Under the pieces are notes generated by a model that ran no database searches, was not told the DNA's origin, and saw nothing but the letters and a program-made list of their open reading frames with translations. The position numbers and the translations under genes are program-made. From an uncultured Defluviitaleaceae bacterium (lineage in GTDB: Bacteria > Bacillota > Clostridia > Lachnospirales > WRBF01), in contig CAYXWM010000003.1 of the NCBI GenBank assembly GCA_964468805.1, forward strand, positions 33,303 to 97,302: a stretch of 64,000 nt of DNA. Direction: 5' to 3'. Positions 28,581-36,940 of this stretch are shown piece by piece (position 1 is the first letter of the stretch; each line of letters starts with the position of its first letter).

Positions 28581-29287
28581 GCTTGTTCTTCTCCTCCGAA
28601 TTTATATCCTATACCTCTTACAGTAAGTATATATTTGGGGTTGCTGTTATCGGTTTCTATTTTGGCACGGAGATTCTTTATATGGGAGTCTATGGTTCGG
28701 TCATATCCGTCATAATCAATGCCAAAGGCTGTTTCTATAAGTTCGTCTCTTGTAAAAGTTTTATTTGGGTACTTTGCCAATGCAGCAAAAAGTTTAAACT
28801 CGTTTGGAGTTAAATTTACCGGCTTCCCTTGTTTTTTTACACTGTATGATTGAAAATCTACCGCTAAATCCTCATTATTCCAACTCTTTTGGTTTTGTTC
28901 CGAATAAATCCCGACATCATTGCACCTCCGAAACAAACTGTTTACCCTTGCCACAAGCTCTCTCGGGCTAAACGGTTTAGTAATATAATCGTCAGCTCCC
29001 ATATTAAGACCGGTTATTTTATTATCCTCAGCAGACTTAGCCGTAAGCATAATAATCGGTACTTTCGACTGCTTTCGTATTTCCTTGCAAATTTCTTCTC
29101 CGGAAATAAAGGGAAGCATTAAATCCAATATAACCATATCCGGTTTGTTATTTCTAAACAGGGTTAACGCTCGGTTACCGTCAAAGGCTATAAGGGTTTT
29201 GTAACCGCTGTTTATTAAATAAGCATTAACGGCTTCAGAAATTTTAGGCTCATCTTCAACAATTAAAATAGTTAAGGGTTTACACAT
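28577..29287 (-). CDS. OmpR/PhoB-type response regulator
   Basis: 236 aa. REC domain (ILIVEDE..., DLMLP) plus a winged-helix C-terminus (LTPNEFKLF..., VRGIGYKF). 4-nt overlap with the kinase gene. Confidence 0.9.
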   Translation of the reverse strand: MCKPLTILIVEDEPKISEAVNAYLINSGYKTLIAFDGNRALTLFRNNKPDMVILDLMLPFISGEEICKEIRKQSKVPIIMLTAKSAEDNKITGLNMGADDYITKPFSPRELVARVNSLFRRCNDVGIYSEQNQKSWNNEDLAVDFQSYSVKKQGKPVNLTPNEFKLFAALAKYPNKTFTRDELIETAFGIDYDGYDRTIDSHIKNLRAKIETDNSNPKYILTVRGIGYKFGGEEQA

Positions 29288-29523
29288 TTTTTATATCCTT
29301 TTCTTTGAGTATTTATCTGAATATTTATTATATTGCAAAAATATGTAGGTTTTATGAAGATAATCGGATTTGCCGGTAAAGTAAATTTAATATAAATAAT
29401 TAAATTTACACTATGAAATTTTGCGGATTGGGTGTAATCTATATATAAAAGTATAACACAAGTAATTTGAAAACAATCTTTAAGTTTTATTAAATTTATC
29501 AACCGAAGAAAAGAGAGATAAAT

Positions 29524-30714
29524 ATGAAATGGAGCTTTAGGAAACTTAGTTTTATAGGAGTTATTGTATTTACAAGCTTAAGCATTTTGATTACAAGCCA
29601 AAATAAACAGGAAGTTCAGGTTATTAATACAATCAGACAAATAAAAGACAAAGAACAAACCACGGCTCCAAAAAGTAAAACGCAAGGCCCTTTTTTAGAA
29701 CTTTCGGCAGCGGATATTGCCCAAGATACAGCAAAAAAGAATGCCGACGACCATAAAATTTCTAAGCCGTCGGAAACAAATGAGTTTAAGCCCGTTGAAA
29801 TTGATTATAAAAAAGTAAAGCCCAATGAAATCGGCGAAATAATGATAGTAATGTATCACGGATTGCTTTATGACAAGCCTTCGACCGACTATCACAGAAA
29901 CGTTAATGATTTTAAAAATGACTTAAAGGTACTGTATGAAAAGGGATACAGATTGGTACCCTTACAGGATTTAATAGATAATAACATCAAAGTAGAAGCC
30001 GGACGAACACCTATAGTTTTGACTTTTGACGATGGGCTTAGTTCCGCATTTTCCTTGGAGACAAAAGACGGAGTCTTAGTTCCAAAAGTAGACTGTGCCG
30101 TAGATATAATAAATAAGTTTTCCGAGCAATATCCCGACTTTGGACGGGCTGCCGTGTTTTATATCAACGGTACAAGAGAAGCATTCATAGGTGACGGAAC
30201 TTTGCCTGAAAGGTTTGATTATTTAATAAGCAACGGCTACGAAATCGGAAACCATACTTACAGCCATAGCCAACTTTCCAAACTGGATAAAACCCAAATT
30301 CAAAACGAGATAGCTTCCGTACATAATTTAGTAAAGCAAAATACAAACGGATACGTTATTAAAAGCCTTACATACCCCTACGGATTAAGACCTAAACAGG
30401 AATTTATTAATTTCGCCTTATCCGGTACATACGGCGGCATTGAATATGAATATTCATGGGCAATCAGAGAAGGTCAAAGCGGAGCTAGTGCTGCGCCAAA
30501 CAACATCGCCTTTGACCCGCTGAACATTCCCAGAGTCAGAGGTACAAGCAACGCTGTAACGGACTTTGGCTGGTTTTTAGACTTTTACGAGAAAAATCCG
30601 TCCTTGAAGTATGTATCCGACGGTGACCCCAACCAAATATCCGTTCCCAAGTCTAAAAAAGAGTCGGTAAAACAAGAGAGTATTAAAGACAAGAGTTTAT
30701 ACTTTTACGAATAA
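29524..30714 (+). CDS. polysaccharide deacetylase (NodB homology domain) family protein, membrane-anchored
   Basis: N-terminal TM anchor and NodB motifs LTFDDG and GNHTYSH. Confidence 0.8.
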   Translation: MKWSFRKLSFIGVIVFTSLSILITSQNKQEVQVINTIRQIKDKEQTTAPKSKTQGPFLELSAADIAQDTAKKNADDHKISKPSETNEFKPVEIDYKKVKPNEIGEIMIVMYHGLLYDKPSTDYHRNVNDFKNDLKVLYEKGYRLVPLQDLIDNNIKVEAGRTPIVLTFDDGLSSAFSLETKDGVLVPKVDCAVDIINKFSEQYPDFGRAAVFYINGTREAFIGDGTLPERFDYLISNGYEIGNHTYSHSQLSKLDKTQIQNEIASVHNLVKQNTNGYVIKSLTYPYGLRPKQEFINFALSGTYGGIEYEYSWAIREGQSGASAAPNNIAFDPLNIPRVRGTSNAVTDFGWFLDFYEKNPSLKYVSDGDPNQISVPKSKKESVKQESIKDKSLYFYE

Positions 30715-30718
30715 CAGT

Positions 30719-31633
30719 TTATTGCTTAACTGCCAAACAATAATTAACATTATCAAATGCGGTTATTTTGTTATCTCTATTTCCGGAATTATATTTACCG
30801 AAAAACTGTTTCGTAATTTCGTTGGGGTTTAAATGCTCATATATTAAAAAGTTACATTCACAAAGCAGTTTTTCAATCTCATCATAAGAGTAACCCGAAA
30901 GCATTTGCTCCTTTGCACTGCCTGCCAACATTAGTTGTTTTTTTGTACGCTCTCCTGCCAATTCGGTGAAGGTATATTCGTCCTGATAGTCGAAAACTAT
31001 GCTGCTTCCTTTGGGAACGATTGTGGCAATTATTTTAATTAATCTATCAAAGGATTTCTTGGACAAATAATAGCTAATTCCAAGTAAACTGCAAAAACTT
31101 ATTTCGCATCGGTTGAAATCAGTGCAGGCAGTAAGATTATTAATCCAATCATCATTATTAAAGTCAGCTTCTGTAAAACACAGGTTATCCGGTAATTCTA
31201 TACCTGCTGCTTTTAACCTTTGCTTTTTATCTTTTGAGGTAAAGGGATGGTCAATTTCGAATATTTTTATGCCGGAAGCCCAATCCGGTTGACGATAAGC
31301 AAAGGAATCGTACCCTGCTGCAAAGATTAAATATTGTTTCGCACCTATCGTTACAGCGTTTTCAAGGGTTTTTTCGGTAAAAGCGGCTCTGCCGATGGGT
31401 GTTGGAGAGAGTTGATTGTCAACAATCCATCTTAAAGCCTCCTGTTCGTCGCCCTTAAAGCCGGGATTAAAAAAGCCTATTCCTTTAGACATATTAAATG
31501 CTATTTGCCGGTAATCTTCCTCACCCAACAATCTCTTCGCAATGGTGTCAGCAAATACTTTTTCAACATTATTCTCGTTATGAAAAGCTCTTGAAAAGGC
31601 ACTGATTAGTGCTGTCATACTGCGTTGCTCCAT
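30719..31633 (-). CDS. class I SAM-dependent O-methyltransferase (Ppm1/TcmP-like family)
   Basis: MTALISAFSRAFH N-terminus and an IFAAGYDS SAM-binding region typical of this family. Start set at the ATG after AAGAGGTG; the tracked ORF begins at an upstream TTG. Confidence 0.65.
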   Translation of the reverse strand: MEQRSMTALISAFSRAFHNENNVEKVFADTIAKRLLGEEDYRQIAFNMSKGIGFFNPGFKGDEQEALRWIVDNQLSPTPIGRAAFTEKTLENAVTIGAKQYLIFAAGYDSFAYRQPDWASGIKIFEIDHPFTSKDKKQRLKAAGIELPDNLCFTEADFNNDDWINNLTACTDFNRCEISFCSLLGISYYLSKKSFDRLIKIIATIVPKGSSIVFDYQDEYTFTELAGERTKKQLMLAGSAKEQMLSGYSYDEIEKLLCECNFLIYEHLNPNEITKQFFGKYNSGNRDNKITAFDNVNYCLAVKQ

Positions 31634-31782
31634 AATTTTCACCTCTTTATATTTGGATGGCATAGAAATTTTAAAACAACCCCTATCTTGGGATAAGGAT
31701 AATACACCACCCAACCGGTAAATACAAGACTTGAAATTTTCCGGGTTTTATGGTATAGTAAATACAGAATTAAGGTATATTA

Positions 31783-31873
31783 GATTCCATTTTAAACAGA
31801 GGATAATTGATTTTTTCCAACGGTTCAAGGAAAAAACGATTATTTTTGTCCTTCATCTTATATGGAATCAGTA
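31783..31873. repeat. family-2 palindromic repeat, full-length copy
   Basis: GATTCCAT...ATGGAATC(AGTA) termini, central TTTTTTCC/GGAAAAAA stem. Reverse-complement match to 56721-56816. Confidence 0.8.
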
Positions 31874-31917
31874 AAAAAAATGAAATCGCCACAGTTTATA
31901 TTGTGGCGATTTTTTTA
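31873..31917. terminator. bidirectional terminator after the antiporter gene
   Basis: GAAATCGCCACA / TGTGGCGATTT stem flanked by A8 and T7. Confidence 0.8.
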
Positions 31918-31978
31918 TAAATTAAAGGTATTGGAATTGCTTACTGTAATCGAGGTGGATTACTCTGTTTTATAAATA

Positions 31979-33160
31979 TTAATTTTCCTTTCTCAGCAGT
32001 TTTTTGTATGTCCTATCAATTAAAAATGCACCTAAAGGTGCAGTTATCAATATAGATACCACAGCCATAGTCAAAACAATATTTCCGCAAGCCAGACCCA
32101 TAGTAAGCGGGATAGAGCCGATTGCCGCTTGAACGGTTGCTTTTGGCATATAGGAAATCATGCAAAACAATCTTTCCTTTAATGACAGCTGTGTTTTTAT
32201 CATACACACAAAAACTCCTGCCATTCTGAAAACCAAAACCCCAAAGATTACAACCACCGAAAGCAACCCCGAGGACAGGGCATATTTAATATCTACCGTA
32301 GCACCCACAAGGACAAAGAGCCATATTTCCGCACACACCCACAGCTTGGAAAACTTTGCCGATAATCGCACAGAAGCCTCATTATGTTTCTTTTGCAAAG
32401 CCGCTCCCATACTCATAACGGCAAGCAGCCCCGAAAAACCAATGTTACCTTTAAGCGAATGTTCAAGTGTTACAAGTAAAAAAGAAATACTCAATATAAT
32501 AATAACTTTTCCGCTGTCCCGAATATGCACCTTTTTAAAAAAATAAGAAAGCCCAACCCCAAGTAGTAAACCTGCGGCAAGACCGAAAAATATAGCTGTG
32601 GGAACAGTAATAAATTGTGCCGGTGTTATTTCTCCTCCGCCGGCAAGGGACGTAAAGGCGGTAAATAAAACAATAACAAAAACATCATCAACAGAAGCCC
32701 CGGCCATAATAAGTTGAGGGATTTTTTTGTCTGTACCATATCTTCCTTCAATCAGCTTTAACATTCCGGGAACTATAACCGCCGGAGAAACGGCAGCTAT
32801 TACCGTACCCAAAACAGCGGCTTCAAGCAAAGATATGCCCAACAGCAAAGGTGCAAGTATAAGCATACCCACTATTTCAAAGCAAGCCGGAACAAAACAC
32901 ATGAGTATAGCCGGGCGACCTACTTTTATTAAGTCCTTTATATCCAGGGCAAGACCGGCTCTCGTTAGAATTATTATTAGGGCAATCTGCCGCAAATCGG
33001 CGGAAATACTTAATATATTGGGACTTAAAAGATTTAAAGCGGACGGACCCAAGATAATTCCCGTAATAAGCATACCGAGTAATCTCGGTAGTTTCAGCTT
33101 TTCAAATATACTTCCGAGCAAAAGACCGCAGATGAATACAAGTGCAAGACTGAATAGCAT
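31979..33160 (-). CDS. cation:proton antiporter (Na+/H+ exchanger family)
   Basis: 393 aa, about 11-12 TM helices, sequence pattern of the CPA superfamily. Confidence 0.75.
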   Translation of the reverse strand: MLFSLALVFICGLLLGSIFEKLKLPRLLGMLITGIILGPSALNLLSPNILSISADLRQIALIIILTRAGLALDIKDLIKVGRPAILMCFVPACFEIVGMLILAPLLLGISLLEAAVLGTVIAAVSPAVIVPGMLKLIEGRYGTDKKIPQLIMAGASVDDVFVIVLFTAFTSLAGGGEITPAQFITVPTAIFFGLAAGLLLGVGLSYFFKKVHIRDSGKVIIILSISFLLVTLEHSLKGNIGFSGLLAVMSMGAALQKKHNEASVRLSAKFSKLWVCAEIWLFVLVGATVDIKYALSSGLLSVVVIFGVLVFRMAGVFVCMIKTQLSLKERLFCMISYMPKATVQAAIGSIPLTMGLACGNIVLTMAVVSILITAPLGAFLIDRTYKKLLRKEN

Positions 33161-33190
33161 ATAAAATTCTCCTTAGCATAGTGAAGAACA

Positions 33191-33232
33191 TAAAAAAGCC
33201 AATGACTCTGCAAAAATTTTGCAAGAGTCATC
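33191..33232 (-). terminator. intrinsic terminator after ridA
   Basis: ATGACTCTTGCAAAA / TTTTGCAGAGTCAT stem (minus-strand reading), then a T6 run after 4 nt. Confidence 0.6.
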
Positions 33233-33274
33233 AGCTAAAACCGGTTTTGGTTATGGCGGAAGTATTCCGGGGCT

Positions 33275-33652
33275 TCAATTGATTTCAGCCAATACCTCTA
33301 TTTCAACCAAAACACCCTTAGGCAAAGCCGAAACCTCCACACAGGAACGAGCCGGCTTACCGGTAAAATGACGGGCATAAACTTCGTTAAAGGCGGCAAA
33401 ATTGCCCATGTCCGTTAGGAAACAGGTGGTTTTCAGCACTTTTTCAATACCCGAATTTCCGGCGGCAAGAACTTCTTTTATATTGCTTATTACCTGTTCG
33501 GTTTGCTCTGTAATTCCTCCGTCTACCGTTTCACCGGTGCCGGGAATAAGGGGTATTTGTCCTGACAAAAACAATAAATTTCCGTAGGCAACTGCCTGAG
33601 AATAAGGTCCTATGGCGGCGGGAGCCTTGTCTGTGCTTATTATTTTACTCAA
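33275..33652 (-). CDS. ridA: RidA family reactive-intermediate deaminase
   Basis: SKIISTDKAPAAIGPYSQA... YjgF/RidA signature. Probable TTG start 7 nt after GGTGA. The tracked N-terminal extension would overlap the upstream gene. Confidence 0.85.
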   Translation of the reverse strand: MSKIISTDKAPAAIGPYSQAVAYGNLLFLSGQIPLIPGTGETVDGGITEQTEQVISNIKEVLAAGNSGIEKVLKTTCFLTDMGNFAAFNEVYARHFTGKPARSCVEVSALPKGVLVEIEVLAEIN

Positions 33653-33659
33653 GTTAAAC

Positions 33660-34427
33660 TCACCTTTCTTCACGAAAATTTGAAATATCAAGAACAACTT
33701 CTCCGGCTATAATCAGACCAACAACCGACGGGACAAAAGCATTGCTTCCCGGAATCTGACGGCGGTCGGTGCATTTGCGTACGGTTCCCGGAGGACAAAC
33801 GCAGTTGTTTTTACAGCTTAAATGCATATCACCTGCCGGAGCGATGGGCGTTTCCTTTGAATAAACCACTTTCAGAGCCGGAATGTTTCTTTTCTTCAGC
33901 TCCGAACGCATTACTTTGGCAAGAGGACAAACAGAAGTTTTGTATATATCCTCTACCCTGAAAGCTGTGGCATCAATTTTGTTACCGGCTCCCATGGAGC
34001 TTATTATGGGGACATTATGTTGATTTGCCTTTACAACCAGCTCGATTTTACCGGTGACGGTGTCTATGGCGTCCACAATATAGTCATACACGGAAAAATC
34101 TATTTCAGACGAATTGTCCGGCATAAAAAACATTTGATGGGCGTTGATTACAGCTTTGGGGTTTATTTCAAGGCAACGTTCCTTGGCTACTTCTACCTTG
34201 TATTTGCCTACGGTTTTTCTTGTTGCGTGAAGCTGTCTGTTAATGTTGGTAATACATACCTTATCGTCGTCAAACAAGTCCAGTGTTCCGATTCCGCTTC
34301 GAACCAGTGCTTCAACGGTATATCCGCCCACGCCGCCTATGCCGAAAACCGCAACCCGAGCCTCGGACAGTTTTTTCATACTTTCTTGTCCAAAAATAAG
34401 TTCAGTTCTGCTTAATTCATTAAGCAT
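33660..34427 (-). CDS. tcdA: tRNA threonylcarbamoyladenosine dehydratase (ThiF/MoeB-family E1-like)
   Basis: 255 aa. Rossmann GIGGVGG motif; length and pattern match TcdA/CsdL. Confidence 0.7.
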   Translation of the reverse strand: MLNELSRTELIFGQESMKKLSEARVAVFGIGGVGGYTVEALVRSGIGTLDLFDDDKVCITNINRQLHATRKTVGKYKVEVAKERCLEINPKAVINAHQMFFMPDNSSEIDFSVYDYIVDAIDTVTGKIELVVKANQHNVPIISSMGAGNKIDATAFRVEDIYKTSVCPLAKVMRSELKKRNIPALKVVYSKETPIAPAGDMHLSCKNNCVCPPGTVRKCTDRRQIPGSNAFVPSVVGLIIAGEVVLDISNFREER

Positions 34428-34526
34428 TGTTTCCTCCTGCCAAATATAACCGGAAATTTAAAAGGGATTGAACTTTTGGTAGTAAACCTCTTTTAAGATG
34501 ACTTTAATATTTGTTTTTGTATTCTG

Positions 34527-35567
34527 TTATATTTTAAGTGCCTTTACATGACCAATGTTTACGGCAATATTGTATCCTACGGATGCCACCCTTTTGGTTA
34601 AACACATTCTGCATTCCGCCGCTTCTTCTCCGGTACAGATTTTATTATCATAAAGAGAATAAAGCTTTCTTACTTTAACCGGAGAGAGGTTGGGCATAAC
34701 TACGTTTGCACCGGCGGAAAGCCCCATTTCTCTGCCTTTTTTATCTATGGTGCCCAAGGCGGTAGTTGAGGGTAAAAGTATATTGGGAAACATAAGACGC
34801 AAAATAGAAATCATCTTTAAGCAAAGCTTAAAGTCGCCGTTTTCAAATTCATTAAAGGGAGTGTCTTTATGGGTAAGATAAGGTCCTATTCCTATCATAT
34901 CCGGTTTCAGCTGCTGACAAAACCTTAAATCCTCGATAAGATTCTCTGTGGTTTGATAGGGAGAACCTACCATAAATCCCGTGCCCACCTGATAACCGAT
35001 TTTTTTAAGATTTGCAAGACATTCCTTGCGATAGCTTAAACTCATGCATTCCGGATGAAGTTTTGCGTAATGCTCATCGTTGGCTGTTTCGTGTCTCAAC
35101 AAATATCTGTCTGCACCGGCTTCGTAAAAAGCCTTGTAGCTTTCGTAGGATTTTTCTCCCAAAGATAAGGTTATGGCACAGTCCGGGTATTTTTCTTTTA
35201 TGGATTTTATTATGTCACAAAGTCTTTCGTCAGTAAAATAGCCGTCCTCGCCGCCCTGCAAAACAAAGGTACGAAATCCCAATTCATAGCCGTTTTCGCA
35301 ACAGGACAAAATATCCTCTTTACTTAACCTGTATCTTTCCGCGTTTTTGTTATCTCTGCGGATACCGCAATAATAGCAGTTGTTTTTGCAATAATTGGTC
35401 AGTTCTATAAGCCCTCTTATATAAACGTCCGTTCCGTAATATTCCTGCCTTACGCTGTCTGCGGTTTTATACAGCAATTCATCGTAATCGTTGCATTCTA
35501 TAAGGGCTTTAAACTCTTCATCGGTTAAATCTCTTTGCAGTTTTAACTTTTCAATTAAATCTATCAT
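34527..35567 (-). CDS. hydE: [FeFe]-hydrogenase H-cluster radical SAM maturase HydE
   Basis: 346 aa. CKNNCYYCGIRRDN radical-SAM cluster motif. Long collinear similarity to characterised HydE (GADRYLLRHETAN, GANVVMPN). Confidence 0.8.
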   Translation of the reverse strand: MIDLIEKLKLQRDLTDEEFKALIECNDYDELLYKTADSVRQEYYGTDVYIRGLIELTNYCKNNCYYCGIRRDNKNAERYRLSKEDILSCCENGYELGFRTFVLQGGEDGYFTDERLCDIIKSIKEKYPDCAITLSLGEKSYESYKAFYEAGADRYLLRHETANDEHYAKLHPECMSLSYRKECLANLKKIGYQVGTGFMVGSPYQTTENLIEDLRFCQQLKPDMIGIGPYLTHKDTPFNEFENGDFKLCLKMISILRLMFPNILLPSTTALGTIDKKGREMGLSAGANVVMPNLSPVKVRKLYSLYDNKICTGEEAAECRMCLTKRVASVGYNIAVNIGHVKALKI

Positions 35568-35610
35568 ATATCACCTGATATTTGGAATTTTATAAGTACA
35601 ATCGGATTGG

Positions 35611-36684
35611 TTATATAATGGTTCCGCCGCCAACTACCGTATCATCGTCGTATAAAACCACGGCTTGTCCCGAAGCTATGGCTCTTTGGGGTTCGTCAAA
35701 AACTATTTTAACTCTGTCCGGAGTAACTTGGGTAACGGTAGCCCATTGTTCGTTGTGTTTGTATCTGACTTTAGCCTTTGCTCTTATGGGAGTTTCGGCG
35801 TTTTCTGCGGCAATCCAGTTAAAGTCCTCGGCGTAAAGGGTTGTTGTGAATAAATCCTTATCTTCGCAAAGGGTGACTGAATTTTTGGGTACATCTTTTG
35901 AACAGACATACATGGGTTTTGCCAAAGCTAGTCCCAAACCCTTTCTTTGCCCTATGGTATAACCGATTATCCCTTTATGACGTCCCAGAACATTTCCTTC
36001 CAAATCCGTAAAATCCCCTGCGGGATAGGTTTTACCGGTGTATTGCTCAATAAATCCCACATAATCACCGTCACGGACAAAGCAAATATCTTGGCTGTCG
36101 CGTTTTTTTGCGTTGACAAAGCCTTGTTGCTCCGCAATTTCTCTAACCTGTGATTTACGCAAATTTCCCAGCGGAAATAACGTATGTTTTAATTGTTCTT
36201 GGGTCATTGAATATAAAACGTAGCTTTGATCCTTGGTTTCGTCCAAGGCTTTTTTCAGCAGGTATCTGCCGGTTGTAGGGTCATATTGTATCCTTGCGTA
36301 ATGTCCCGTAACCACATAATCCATGCCCAGTTGTTTTGCTCGTAAAAATAGTTTTTCGAACTTTATAAATCTGTTGCAATCTATACAGGGATTGGGTGTT
36401 GCGCCTTTTTCGTAGGCTTCGATGAACCTGTCTATAACTCGGTCTTTAAATTCACCGGTAAAGTTGAATACGTAAAAGGGAACGCCAAGAGAATCGGCAA
36501 CCCTTCTTGCATCTTCCGCATCTTCCAAGGAGCAGCAAGTTTTGTCCCTACATACGCCAACGTCATCGTTGGTAAACAAATGCATGGTTATTCCCGTACA
36601 ATCGAAACCTTGTCGTTTGGTTAGATACACCGCTACCGAACTGTCAACACCTCCGCTCATTGCAACCAGTGCCTTTTTATTCAT
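35611..36684 (-). CDS. mnmA: tRNA 2-thiouridine(34) synthase
   Basis: PP-loop VAMSGGVDSS and catalytic Cys residues. Start at the ATG 6 nt after GGTG. Confidence 0.9.
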   Translation of the reverse strand: MNKKALVAMSGGVDSSVAVYLTKRQGFDCTGITMHLFTNDDVGVCRDKTCCSLEDAEDARRVADSLGVPFYVFNFTGEFKDRVIDRFIEAYEKGATPNPCIDCNRFIKFEKLFLRAKQLGMDYVVTGHYARIQYDPTTGRYLLKKALDETKDQSYVLYSMTQEQLKHTLFPLGNLRKSQVREIAEQQGFVNAKKRDSQDICFVRDGDYVGFIEQYTGKTYPAGDFTDLEGNVLGRHKGIIGYTIGQRKGLGLALAKPMYVCSKDVPKNSVTLCEDKDLFTTTLYAEDFNWIAAENAETPIRAKAKVRYKHNEQWATVTQVTPDRVKIVFDEPQRAIASGQAVVLYDDDTVVGGGTII

Positions 36685-36877
36685 TATATACACCACATTT
36701 CTTACTTACTTTTATAAAAATTATAGAATACATTATAAATTAGAATATTGCTAAAATTATATTTTATATTTAAACAGCCGGAAATGCAAGTATATTCAAA
36801 GGATATGTATATATGGATTGCTATATACATACAGGAATACTATGATTGTATTCCCTTTGTTTTAGCTTGTCAATACA

Positions 36878-36904
36878 CAAAAAACCGCCCATAAGGGCGG
36901 TTTA
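36878..36904 (-). terminator. intrinsic terminator after ileS
   Basis: AAACCGCCC / GGGCGGTTT stem followed by T6 on the minus strand. Confidence 0.8.
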
Positions 36905-36940
36905 ATAATCAGTAGTTTATATAGAATACCAATAAATCCT

